Below are positions 8,202-15,302 of a stretch of DNA of 15,303 bases, piece after piece (position 1 is the first letter of the stretch; the number at the start of each line of letters is the position of its first letter). The DNA lies in contig JAZDLX010000207.1 of assembly GCA_043801585.1 (NCBI GenBank), forward strand, positions 1-15,303, read 5' to 3'. The notes beneath the pieces are model-generated. The model was not told the DNA's origin. It did no database searches and saw nothing but the letters and a program-made list of their open reading frames with translations. The position numbers and the translations under genes are program-made. Origin of the DNA: a bacterium (GTDB taxonomy: Bacteria > Electryoneota > Electryoneia > Electryoneales > Electryoneaceae).

Positions 8202-9637
8202 GGTGTATCTCCAAGCGACATCCAGTGATGCATCACGGCAAAACTTCGGTAAGGTGCAAAAGGCGCCAACAGCTTGTGGGTTTCCCTGGGAGAAGGCCGC
8301 CGTTCGAGCTGATGAAACCGTTTCAACGCTTCCCCCAAGGCTGAATCTCCGACCGGCACGCTGTCAGTCAGCGCAAAGGATCGCATCAACAGATAGTGTA
8401 CGGACCAGGGGCCAAGACCGGACCGCTGCAACAGGATCCGCTCAATGCGGGGTGCGGATGTCGTCGACAGCGTTTCCGCATCCAGTTCACCGCCGGCAAC
8501 GGCCTCAGCCAGGCTGCGAAGCGTATGCGCTTTGCTTGCGGACAGGCCAACCGATGCCAGGTTCTTTTCGCCGGCGTCAGCAATGCGTGCTGCCGCTGGC
8601 AGGGCGGCAAGTCCGCCGGGGGCTTTTTCTCCGTATCGCTCGATCAATCGCCCTCGGACGGCTCTTGCGGCGGCCAGGCTGACGGCTTGACCGACGACGA
8701 CCCAAACGAGGCCGTCCCAGAAGTCGAGCGTCTGGGGGATGCGCAATCCTCTCCGAGTACCGAGCAGGATTCTTCCGCTGTCGTTCGAGAGGGCTCGTTT
8801 CTCGAACGGTCGGGGATCAACGACCAGGCCGAGAATCCTCAGCGCGGTGCGATGAGCCTGGATGGTTTCGTTCGGATGGAGTTTCCGGTCGGCGTGAATG
8901 CGCAGGGTAATGCGGTCGTTCAATTCGAGTTCAAGGGTGGCCGTCCCGCGCTCCAGCGTTATCGCCTGCAGCAGCCGGTTCCCCACGCTGTGCTGATCGG
9001 GGCTTTTACTGTCTCGCAGGATTTGCTTCCGGGCAAGGTCGAAACGGAAGTTCCGGGGTGGCAAAAGAAGCGTTTCGGAATTCCGGATCAATTTTCGAAC
9101 ATCACCCGGACGCAATGCACCCCAGCGGAGAAACGCCGCGTGAAAGGTGGATGGGCTTTCAAATCCTCCATTCAGCGCTGTTTCAAGGATCCCCCGGCCA
9201 TTGACCGCCAAGTCACGCATCACATGGTCCACACGAGCCTGTGTCAGCATCGCGGAAGGGGTCCGGTGAAAATGGCGAAGCGTCAGACGGTTCAGCGTCG
9301 TCTGACCGACTCCGGATCGTCGCGCCAGATCACGGACGTCAGGGATACCGGTGACATTTTTTCGAATCAGCGCCGCGATGTCCGCGGCGAGGGTTTCCTC
9401 GGGATCGAGGTCACGGTAAAAAAGGTCCGGGCGGCACCGTTTACAGGGTCGGAGCCCCGCCTCGCGCGCAGCATCCTCCTGCTCGAAAAAACGTATGTTC
9501 TCCGCTTTCGGGTTGCGTGCGGGGCAGGACGGGAGACAGTAAATCCCCGTGGAGAGAACGCCTGTCAGGAAATGACCGTCGTAACGGGCGTCCCTCCTCC
9601 TCGAAGCGCGAAGCATCTGTGCCCGTGTGAATTTCAT
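8198..9637 (-). CDS. alkA: Ada metal-binding/AraC-HTH regulator fused to AlkA-type DNA-3-methyladenine glycosylase, 479 aa
   Basis: Ada Zn site TGIYCLPSCPAR...RPCKRCRP; AraC HTH (ALNGGFESPSTFHAAF); AlkA HhH-GPD region (VVGQAVSLAAAR...GLGPWSVHYLLMR...VPVGD). Start placed at ATG 9637, just before the Ada domain. Confidence 0.9.
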   Translation of the reverse strand: MKFTRAQMLRASRRRDARYDGHFLTGVLSTGIYCLPSCPARNPKAENIRFFEQEDAAREAGLRPCKRCRPDLFYRDLDPEETLAADIAALIRKNVTGIPDVRDLARRSGVGQTTLNRLTLRHFHRTPSAMLTQARVDHVMRDLAVNGRGILETALNGGFESPSTFHAAFLRWGALRPGDVRKLIRNSETLLLPPRNFRFDLARKQILRDSKSPDQHSVGNRLLQAITLERGTATLELELNDRITLRIHADRKLHPNETIQAHRTALRILGLVVDPRPFEKRALSNDSGRILLGTRRGLRIPQTLDFWDGLVWVVVGQAVSLAAARAVRGRLIERYGEKAPGGLAALPAAARIADAGEKNLASVGLSASKAHTLRSLAEAVAGGELDAETLSTTSAPRIERILLQRSGLGPWSVHYLLMRSFALTDSVPVGDSALGEALKRFHQLERRPSPRETHKLLAPFAPYRSFAVMHHWMSLGDTP

Positions 9638-9643
9638 AGCTGA

Positions 9644-9649
9644 AGTATA
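9644..9649 (-). promoter_or_regulatory. -10 box of a probable leaderless ada-alkA transcript
   Basis: Minus strand TATACT-tcagct-ATG, with 6 nt between the -10 hexamer and the start codon and no SD directly upstream of the ATG. Confidence 0.55.
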
Positions 9650-9862
9650 GGATGCGTAACCACCGCGTTCCTCCCGATTTTTTCGCTCGAATCCGGAGGT
9701 GAGTCGAGAGAGCATTTTGGTCTCTCGCAAAGTTTTGCGAATCTAACAATTATCTTGCCCCGTTCAGAAGATCACCTCTACTCTTTCTCGTGCTGGAGGA
9801 CGCAGTATTTATTCATTTGGCGGCGTCCGCAAACCTGATAGACACCGGGACAGGAGGTTCCC

Positions 9863-10504
9863 ATGAAGGGATCCAAGTGGTTGATAACGGGGATGGTGGC
9901 CGTTCTTCTCCTGACATTCGGAGGAATCGTACAGGCTCAGGAAATGGGAAAACCTCAGATGGCATCAGTGATGGGGGTCGAGGGTCATCCATTGGGGTGT
10001 ACGTGTGATGAATGTGTGATGCACGCGATAGGAAAGGCGGGATTCACGACCGTGGATGTCGTGCCGCAGCCCTACATCAGCGTCAAGTACACGATGCCCA
10101 TGGACGGCGATCCCGAAAGCATCGGCAAGATGATGGGCGATGTGATGGGCAAGCTGATGGGACTGGTCCAGGCCGGCAAGGTGGAAATGACCGGTCCGCC
10201 GTTCTCGATTTATTACGGCGAAGTGGAGGGTGGCTGGGATGTACTCACGGGCATTCCCGTAAAAACGGAAACGATGGTCGGGGGAGAGTTCAGCAGTGGT
10301 TCGCTTCCGGCGGGCAAGGCGCTGAAAGCTACTCACTACGGTCCTTATGAGGGATTGGCGACCAGCTATGCAGCCTGGAAGAAGTACATGGAAGACAACA
10401 AAATCACCACCACCGGAGCGATGTGGGAAGTCTATGTGGACGACCCCGAAAAGGTGGCAGATCCTTCGCAACTTCGTACGGAGCTCTATCAGATTCTGAA
10501 TTAG
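9863..10504 (+). CDS. Secreted GyrI-like small-molecule-binding domain protein, 213 aa
   Basis: Signal peptide (MKGSKWLITGMVAVLLLTFGGIVQA). GyrI-like motifs GPPFSIYY, LPAGKALKATHYGPYEGL..SY and WEVYVDDP...LRTELY. RBS GGAGG. Confidence 0.88.
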   Translation: MKGSKWLITGMVAVLLLTFGGIVQAQEMGKPQMASVMGVEGHPLGCTCDECVMHAIGKAGFTTVDVVPQPYISVKYTMPMDGDPESIGKMMGDVMGKLMGLVQAGKVEMTGPPFSIYYGEVEGGWDVLTGIPVKTETMVGGEFSSGSLPAGKALKATHYGPYEGLATSYAAWKKYMEDNKITTTGAMWEVYVDDPEKVADPSQLRTELYQILN

Positions 10505-10525
10505 GCGGAACAGGTATCATACGAG

Positions 10526-10556
10526 ACGGAGGGGGTTGTCCCTCTCCGTTATTTTA
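10526..10556 (+). terminator. Rho-independent terminator of the GyrI-like gene
   Basis: ACGGAGGGGG-ttgt-CCCTCTCCGT followed by TATTTT. Confidence 0.8.
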
Positions 10557-10560
10557 TTCT

Positions 10561-10832
10561 GGTGCTGAATTTATTCCGTGCACCCCTGACGTGTCATCAC
10601 CAGCGCTCCCGACACGGCGGGAGTGCGTGGTGATCTCCAATGGGTTTATTGGGGGCTCACTGGTGACAGTTGCCTTTGAAAACGACCTCCCAAAGAAACT
10701 GTCCCCAGTGGCTACCGGATTCTGGACTGAACCACGAACCAACCTGCAGTCAGGCGGCCTGATCGGGCGACACCGGTATTTCTGCAATTCCAAGCCTGGG
10801 ACTATCGCGTCCCGGGAGGGTTGTATCGGAAG
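10561..10832 (+). ncRNA. Candidate structured non-coding RNA of unknown family
   Basis: Five near-contiguous helical domains (10596-10634, 10635-10654, 10655-10712, 10713-10778, 10783-10825) between two convergent genes. Most G-U pairs favour the + strand. Confidence 0.5.
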
Positions 10833-10841
10833 AACCTTCAA

Positions 10842-10867
10842 CCCGGCATACGGTGATGCCGGGCTAC
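10842..10867 (-). repeat. GTAG-type REP palindrome (may also terminate the ABC operon)
   Basis: Minus strand GTAG-CCCGGCAT-caccgt-ATGCCGGG. Confidence 0.65.
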
Positions 10868-10906
10868 GTTTGCTGATTCAATCCCACGAGCACATGCTGC
10901 AGGCGC

Positions 10907-12364
10907 TTACTCATTGCGCATGGCAACCACAGCGTCCACTCGTGCCGCTCTCGCTGCCGGGTAGAGGCCTGCGGCGAGACTGACGATCAATCCGAAAAGC
11001 ACCGCGACCACGATTAACCAGAGGGGAAGCGAAAACAATTCCACAAAGGGAAGTTCCTGCCTGGTTAAAACGATCCGGGCGACAACCATCGCCACACGTG
11101 TGATCAACCAGCCAAAACCGATGCCGATCGTCGAGCCCACCACGCCGATCACGGCGGATTCCGCAAGAAAGATTCCACGGATGTCCGCTTCATCCGCTCC
11201 AAGCGATTTCAGTACACCGATCTCCCGGTATCTCTCGATTATCGACATGATCATTGTGTTGACGATTCCCAGTGCGGCGACAGTCAGAGCGATCAATCCG
11301 ACAGCGCCGAGGGCTGTGTTGAACACGGCAAAAAAGCGAAGCATGTCGTCGAACTCTTCCGCGAAACTGAAAGTCCGCAATCCCCAGGCTCGTGCTGAAT
11401 CGGAGATCGCCTTGGAACTGGCGAAAGGATCAAGCTCGAGAGTCACTTTTGAATACTCATTTTCAACCCTGTCATTTGATCCGAACGGAATACGCCCCTG
11501 TTGCAATGAGCTGTAGATGGCCATGGGATTGTCCAGAGAAGCTCCCGCCGCGAAAGGTTCGGCGACGGATTGCGGAAGCAGCAGATACTTCATCCGCAAC
11601 GCGCGGAGCTCCCGCATGCCGAGTACTCCAACCACCGTGAGTGTGTCGGAAAGGAGCATGCGGTTGTTGAAATACCCTTTGGAAAAACTCGATGCAGCCT
11701 CGAATAATCTCTGTTTCACCAGGTTGTTTACGTACCAGGGATTCGTCAGAGAATCGAAAGACACACTTCTGAGCAAGGATGGTATTGACGGAAACTCGCC
11801 GATGATCCGGGCGAACCCGCTGTCGATGGAACTGGCCTCTCGTTGAATGATGAGCTGTTTTCCAACTGCGGAGTCCGGCGAAAGATGAATCCGTTCCAGC
11901 CATTCATCGAGTACGACAGCTTCATGAACGTCCGGTGAATTGAACATCCGCCCGGCAAGTGGATGCTGAAAGATTTTCATCTCCAGGGCGGGGGTGGTGA
12001 TGGACTGCGCCTCGACCCGCAGGGTGGTATCCCCCAGCGTGGCGGACACGTCGAAACTTTCGAGAGGAAATGCGAAACGAACTCCGGGAAGGGCCGTGAG
12101 CCGTTGCAGCATTGCATCGTCGAATTTGACGGGAGGGGCTTCGGCGGTTGCGTAGCTCCGTTCCTGTTTGAAGACAATGATCTTGGAAAGCAGCCCGAGT
12201 TTTTCGAATTCATTGCGGAAGTTCGACTGCATGCCCACACCGAAACTGACCATTGCCGTAAATGCCGCGATGGCGATTACCACCCCTGCAGTGGTTAGCG
12301 CGGTCCTGAATTTCATCCTCCAGAGATTGCCTGCGGCCAGGGAAAGAACGTCACGGAGTTTCAT
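10907..12364 (-). CDS. ABC transporter permease, MacB/FtsX family, 485 aa
   Basis: N-terminal A..NLWRMKFRTALTTAGVVIAIAA, a large periplasmic domain, and C-terminal LGIVNTMIMSIIERYREIGVLKSLGA...FLAESAVIG...GLYPAARAARVD. Confidence 0.93.
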   Translation of the reverse strand: MKLRDVLSLAAGNLWRMKFRTALTTAGVVIAIAAFTAMVSFGVGMQSNFRNEFEKLGLLSKIIVFKQERSYATAEAPPVKFDDAMLQRLTALPGVRFAFPLESFDVSATLGDTTLRVEAQSITTPALEMKIFQHPLAGRMFNSPDVHEAVVLDEWLERIHLSPDSAVGKQLIIQREASSIDSGFARIIGEFPSIPSLLRSVSFDSLTNPWYVNNLVKQRLFEAASSFSKGYFNNRMLLSDTLTVVGVLGMRELRALRMKYLLLPQSVAEPFAAGASLDNPMAIYSSLQQGRIPFGSNDRVENEYSKVTLELDPFASSKAISDSARAWGLRTFSFAEEFDDMLRFFAVFNTALGAVGLIALTVAALGIVNTMIMSIIERYREIGVLKSLGADEADIRGIFLAESAVIGVVGSTIGIGFGWLITRVAMVVARIVLTRQELPFVELFSLPLWLIVVAVLFGLIVSLAAGLYPAARAARVDAVVAMRNE

Positions 12365-13053
12365 GGAGTTTCCCCCTCGGCGCTCAGGCGGCCGTAATGC
12401 AGCCGGATTGTCCGCTGAGTCAGCGATCCCGCCAGTTCCCTGTCATGGGTGACGAGAACGACAGTCAATCCCTCGGCATGAAGGTGTCGCAGCAGTCCAG
12501 CGATCTCCACCGTATTCTCCTGGTCAAGGTTTCCGGTGGGTTCATCGGCGAACAGGAGGTCGGGTTCTGTGACGAGAGCCCGTGCCAGCGCCACACGTTG
12601 CTGTTCTCCGCCGGAGAGGTCGGCGGGACGGTGGTCGAGACGATTCCCGAGGCCGAGCCGCTCCAGTATCGCAATCGCTCGATGGCTGCGTTGTGAACGT
12701 GGGACGTCGGTGAAATAAAGTCCCAGTTCCACATTCTGCAGCGCCGTGCGGTGGCTGATGAGATTAAAGGTCTGAAAGACTATGCCGACCCGGTGGGCGC
12801 GGTACTGGGCGAGCTCGTGGCGGGACATCGTGGAAAGCATCCGTCCATCCACCTCGATGGAACCTTCCGTGGGAGTGTCGAGTCCCGCGAGAAGGTTCAG
12901 AAGGGTGGACTTCCCCGAGCCCGAGGAACCAACGACTCCGAGAAACTCCCCCGATCCAATGTCCAGATCGATCCCATCAAGAGCGCGAACTTCCTGATGG
13001 CCACGCAGGTACACACGTTTGAGTCCTCGTATGTGAATCCCACCAGATTCCAT
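12361..13053 (-). CDS. ABC transporter ATP-binding protein, LolD/MacB family, 230 aa
   Basis: Walker [10 protein letters not shown], signature LSGGEQQR, Walker [13 protein letters not shown] and H-loop VTHD. Translationally coupled (ATGA) to the permease. Confidence 0.96.
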   Translation of the reverse strand: MESGGIHIRGLKRVYLRGHQEVRALDGIDLDIGSGEFLGVVGSSGSGKSTLLNLLAGLDTPTEGSIEVDGRMLSTMSRHELAQYRAHRVGIVFQTFNLISHRTALQNVELGLYFTDVPRSQRSHRAIAILERLGLGNRLDHRPADLSGGEQQRVALARALVTEPDLLFADEPTGNLDQENTVEIAGLLRHLHAEGLTVVLVTHDRELAGSLTQRTIRLHYGRLSAEGETP

Positions 13054-13178
13054 CGCTGTCTCCGTTGATTGTGCTTTTACGTTTTGAACTGGAAAAGGAA
13101 AGTTCTGAAAAGTTGCACCTTTCAGGCGTGAAGATACAGCGCCGGTGTCCGATGGATTGAAGGTATCCGGTCGCTAAC

Positions 13179-13204
13179 AAAAAACCCGCCGGATGGCGGG
13201 TTTT
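13179..13204 (-). terminator. Rho-independent (potentially bidirectional) terminator after the DUF2892 gene
   Basis: AAAAAACCCGCC-ggat-GGCGGGTTTT, with T tracts on both strands. Confidence 0.8.
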
Positions 13205-13223
13205 GATTCCGGTGATTTCGTTC

Positions 13224-13448
13224 TTATTGCGCCGGTGGCGGTGGCGCTGCCGCTTCGGCTTCTTTTGCTTTGGGCTTGGTGCTGAATTTGAAAGGCAGAT
13301 ATGCCGGGCACCAGGCAAACGCCGCTGTAAACAGGAAAATCAGACTTACCAATCCCCACCAGCTGTGAAAATAAAGGCCGAGGGCAATGATGATGATACC
13401 GATAAAGAGACGAATAATGCGGTCTGCGCCGCCCATATTGGACTTCAT
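13224..13448 (-). CDS. DUF2892 (YgaP-like) small membrane protein, 74 aa
   Basis: MKSNMGGADRIIR...WWGLV.LI.L.TA..AWCPAYLPFKFST matches the DUF2892 pattern (N+G..DR..R, CP.Y...G.ST). ATG 13448 follows GGAGGG. Confidence 0.9.
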   Translation of the reverse strand: MKSNMGGADRIIRLFIGIIIIALGLYFHSWWGLVSLIFLFTAAFAWCPAYLPFKFSTKPKAKEAEAAAPPPPAQ

Positions 13449-13738
13449 CTTGGATCCCTCCAGGTTAGAATCGTCTTCCCATCCAGGATAAAATCTCCCT
13501 TTGGAATCTGGTGGTTTCAGAAGGAATCCGCCAGAAAAATCGAAGAAAGAGTGAAAGGAAAGAGAGTCAAAGGTTTTTAGGTTGCAACAGACATGAGAAG
13601 CATTCGCGGGTCGATTCCGAAAAAGAATCGAGCATCCGCCAGTCTTGATTCCTGAACGCCGGCGAACCAAAAGAAAACGTTCTTCTCCCGGGCCGGCGGA
13701 AGCAATTCATCGGCATACGTGACAGGTGATTTTCCGCT

Positions 13739-14608
13739 CTAATGCGTGAGATCCAATTCCATTTCCACCTGGCTCAGCAGACCGGGCTGGAATCCGCTTC
13801 TCCGGAAAAAGTCGGGTGCAAGATCATCCGGCACGGTCGCGGAGATGGTCCAGGCCCGGCCAGGATAGTGCGCAAAAAGCGCTTTCATCAGGCGCCGGCC
13901 CCAACCATTGCGGCGTTTTGCCCGCGGGACGAGAAATGCGTCGATGTAGGCCGAGTGGTCAGTGATCCTGCTTACGACACAAAATGCATTGCCGCCGAGG
14001 GTGTAAGCCCGCGAAGGAGGCTGCACGCTGAACATGGAATCGCCGGACCGCTGCCAGGGCAGATCCGCATCGCCTTCGTGTACTATCGCCCAGGCGACCT
14101 CACGGGGATCGATCTCGGTCAGCTTGTCGTCGCAGACGTCATCACCCTCCTGCACGGGGCGATCCCAGCCGACGAGTTGGCGGCGGGGTTGAAATCCGAG
14201 GTGCTGGTAGAGCGCCATGGCGGCGGTGTTGCCTTCGATGATCTCGAGCAGCATCCGGCGATACCCCATCCGTTTTGCGTTGGCAATGCTGGACTCCAGC
14301 ATAATTCGCCCGATCCCCATACAGCGATGGTCCGGAAGCACGCCCATTGCCGCGACACGTTGCAGGAGTCCGCGGCTGGAAATGAAAATAAATCCAACAT
14401 GTTCATCCTCAACGCTGGCGACATGACTCGCCGCCAGGTCGATGGATTGGGTGACCACAATCCAGGAGAGCATCTCGACGGACATGTGAACGGGAAAGAA
14501 ATAATCGACATAAGTGCGGCTGAACAGATCGGCAAGCTCCACGAGGGAAAAGTCCGAAGCGGGACGCAGTTCAAACGATGTCTGTGGGCTTTCCGAGTTG
14601 ACGCTCAT
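13739..14608 (-). CDS. GNAT family N-acetyltransferase with two GNAT domains, 289 aa
   Basis: Two acetyl-CoA motif A sequences (MGVLPDHRCMGIGRIML and FLVPRAKRRNGWGRRLM), plus LEIIEGNTAAMALYQHLGF and FFRRSGF. RBS GAGAGGA. Confidence 0.9.
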   Translation of the reverse strand: MSVNSESPQTSFELRPASDFSLVELADLFSRTYVDYFFPVHMSVEMLSWIVVTQSIDLAASHVASVEDEHVGFIFISSRGLLQRVAAMGVLPDHRCMGIGRIMLESSIANAKRMGYRRMLLEIIEGNTAAMALYQHLGFQPRRQLVGWDRPVQEGDDVCDDKLTEIDPREVAWAIVHEGDADLPWQRSGDSMFSVQPPSRAYTLGGNAFCVVSRITDHSAYIDAFLVPRAKRRNGWGRRLMKALFAHYPGRAWTISATVPDDLAPDFFRRSGFQPGLLSQVEMELDLTH

Positions 14609-14667
14609 TGAAGTTCCTCTCGTTCGTTGATCCGATGTCAGTCCATGCGATCGTTGCGCACGTCGAA

Positions 14668-14924
14668 AGATCCTTCACTTCGTTCAGGATGACTGATTCG
14701 CCGGGTTCGGAGACCCCGGCCTACAAATGGGATTCCCGGATTCAAGAAACCGGGCTACAACCGATTCCGCCCGTCGGCGGATTCAAGAAGACGACCTGAA
14801 CAAATTAGAATAAACCCTGTTTGCAAGCAAACAGGGGCACAAAGATACAAAAACCCGAAAAGCGAGATTGCTTCTTCGTTCCTCGCAATGACGAAAATGG
14901 ATTCCCGCCTTCGCGGGAATGACA
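14668..14924 (-). repeat. Cluster of REP-like palindromes (GTC-tagged and GTAG-tagged)
   Basis: Minus strand: GTCATCCTGAACGAAGTGAAGGATCT (14668-14693), GTAGGCCGGGGTCTCCGAACCCGGC (14700-14724), GTAGCCCGGTTTCTTGAATCCGGG (14735-14758), CGTCATTGCGAGGAACGAAGAAGCAATCTC (14864-14893) and TGTCATTCCCGCGAAGGCGGGAATCCA (14898-14924). Confidence 0.7.
14810..14836 (-). terminator. Possible second terminator hairpin
   Basis: Inverted repeat CCCTGTTTGC-aa-GCAAACAGGG (14815-14836), followed on the minus strand by TTTATT. Confidence 0.45.
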
Positions 14925-14952
14925 AAGTACACCCAAAGCTTCCCTACAAGGA

Positions 14953-14987
14953 ATTTGAAACCCGGTCCCGAACGGTCGGGACCGGGT
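14953..14987 (-). terminator. Probable terminator of the transglutaminase-like gene
   Basis: Perfect 12-bp stem ACCCGGTCCCGA-acgg-TCGGGACCGGGT (14960-14987), 60 nt after the stop, with a short T run on the minus strand. Confidence 0.55.
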
Positions 14988-15047
14988 CACCCTTCGAACT
15001 CGCGTCAAAATGTACCTGGTACATTTTCATGCAGGGCTTAGAATTCC

Positions 15048-15302
15048 CTATTCTTTCACCGGCGACCATTCACCGACGGCTTCCGAATGCACTTTCACCG
15101 GTCCCTTGCTGATCCAGCGCTGGTTGTAATTGTAGTCCCATCCGAGATACTCCGATGCCCCACCGCTTTCGGTGGTGATCAGAAAACGGTTGGAGAGGTG
15201 GCCGATGGAATTCCCCACTTTAGACGGGGTTTCCTGGTCGCCACCCTGCGGGTCCACCATCATCCAGCCGAAACCCGGCATGTACACCTGGCTCCAGCGG
15301 TG
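15048..15302 (-). CDS. Transglutaminase-like domain protein, C-terminal part (5' end outside window)
   Basis: The frame is open to the window edge and reads HRWSQVYMPGFGWMMVDPQ, matching the H.W.EVY.PG.GW...DP motif that carries the catalytic His and Asp. Confidence 0.85.
   Translation of the reverse strand, partial: HRWSQVYMPGFGWMMVDPQGGDQETPSKVGNSIGHLSNRFLITTESGGASEYLGWDYNYNQRWISKGPVKVHSEAVGEWSPVKE

Noticed and set aside
8396..9643. 415-aa + strand ORF opposite ada-alkA
   Set aside because: Antisense shadow of a well-supported gene, with no domain features.
10423..10983. 186-aa + strand ORF (and 95-aa minus ORF 10554-10841) crossing the structured intergenic region
   Set aside because: The 186-aa ORF overlaps both flanking genes and reads through a terminator. 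Neither ORF has protein-like motifs. Base-pairing explains the region better.
13088..13117. Possible ECF-sigma promoter (GCAACTT-N16-TCCAG) upstream of the ABC ATPase; similar TGCAAC plus pyrimidine tract upstream of DUF2892
   Set aside because: The match is too degenerate and the two instances do not share a -10 element.
13449..13670. N-terminal extension of the DUF2892 ORF (likewise the extensions 2295-2357, 3946-3972, 4509-4541 and 9638-9730 of other genes)
   Set aside because: The downstream ATGs have RBS or promoter support and coincide with domain or signal-peptide starts.
13742..14611. 289-aa + strand ORF mirroring the GNAT gene
   Set aside because: It is an antisense shadow ORF typical of GC-rich coding DNA, with no recognisable motifs. 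The minus-strand protein has clear GNAT motifs and an RBS.
14660..15030. CRISPR array or intact IS element in the hairpin-rich region
   Set aside because: There are no identical, regularly spaced direct repeats, no cas or transposase ORF, and no terminal inverted repeats with target duplication.
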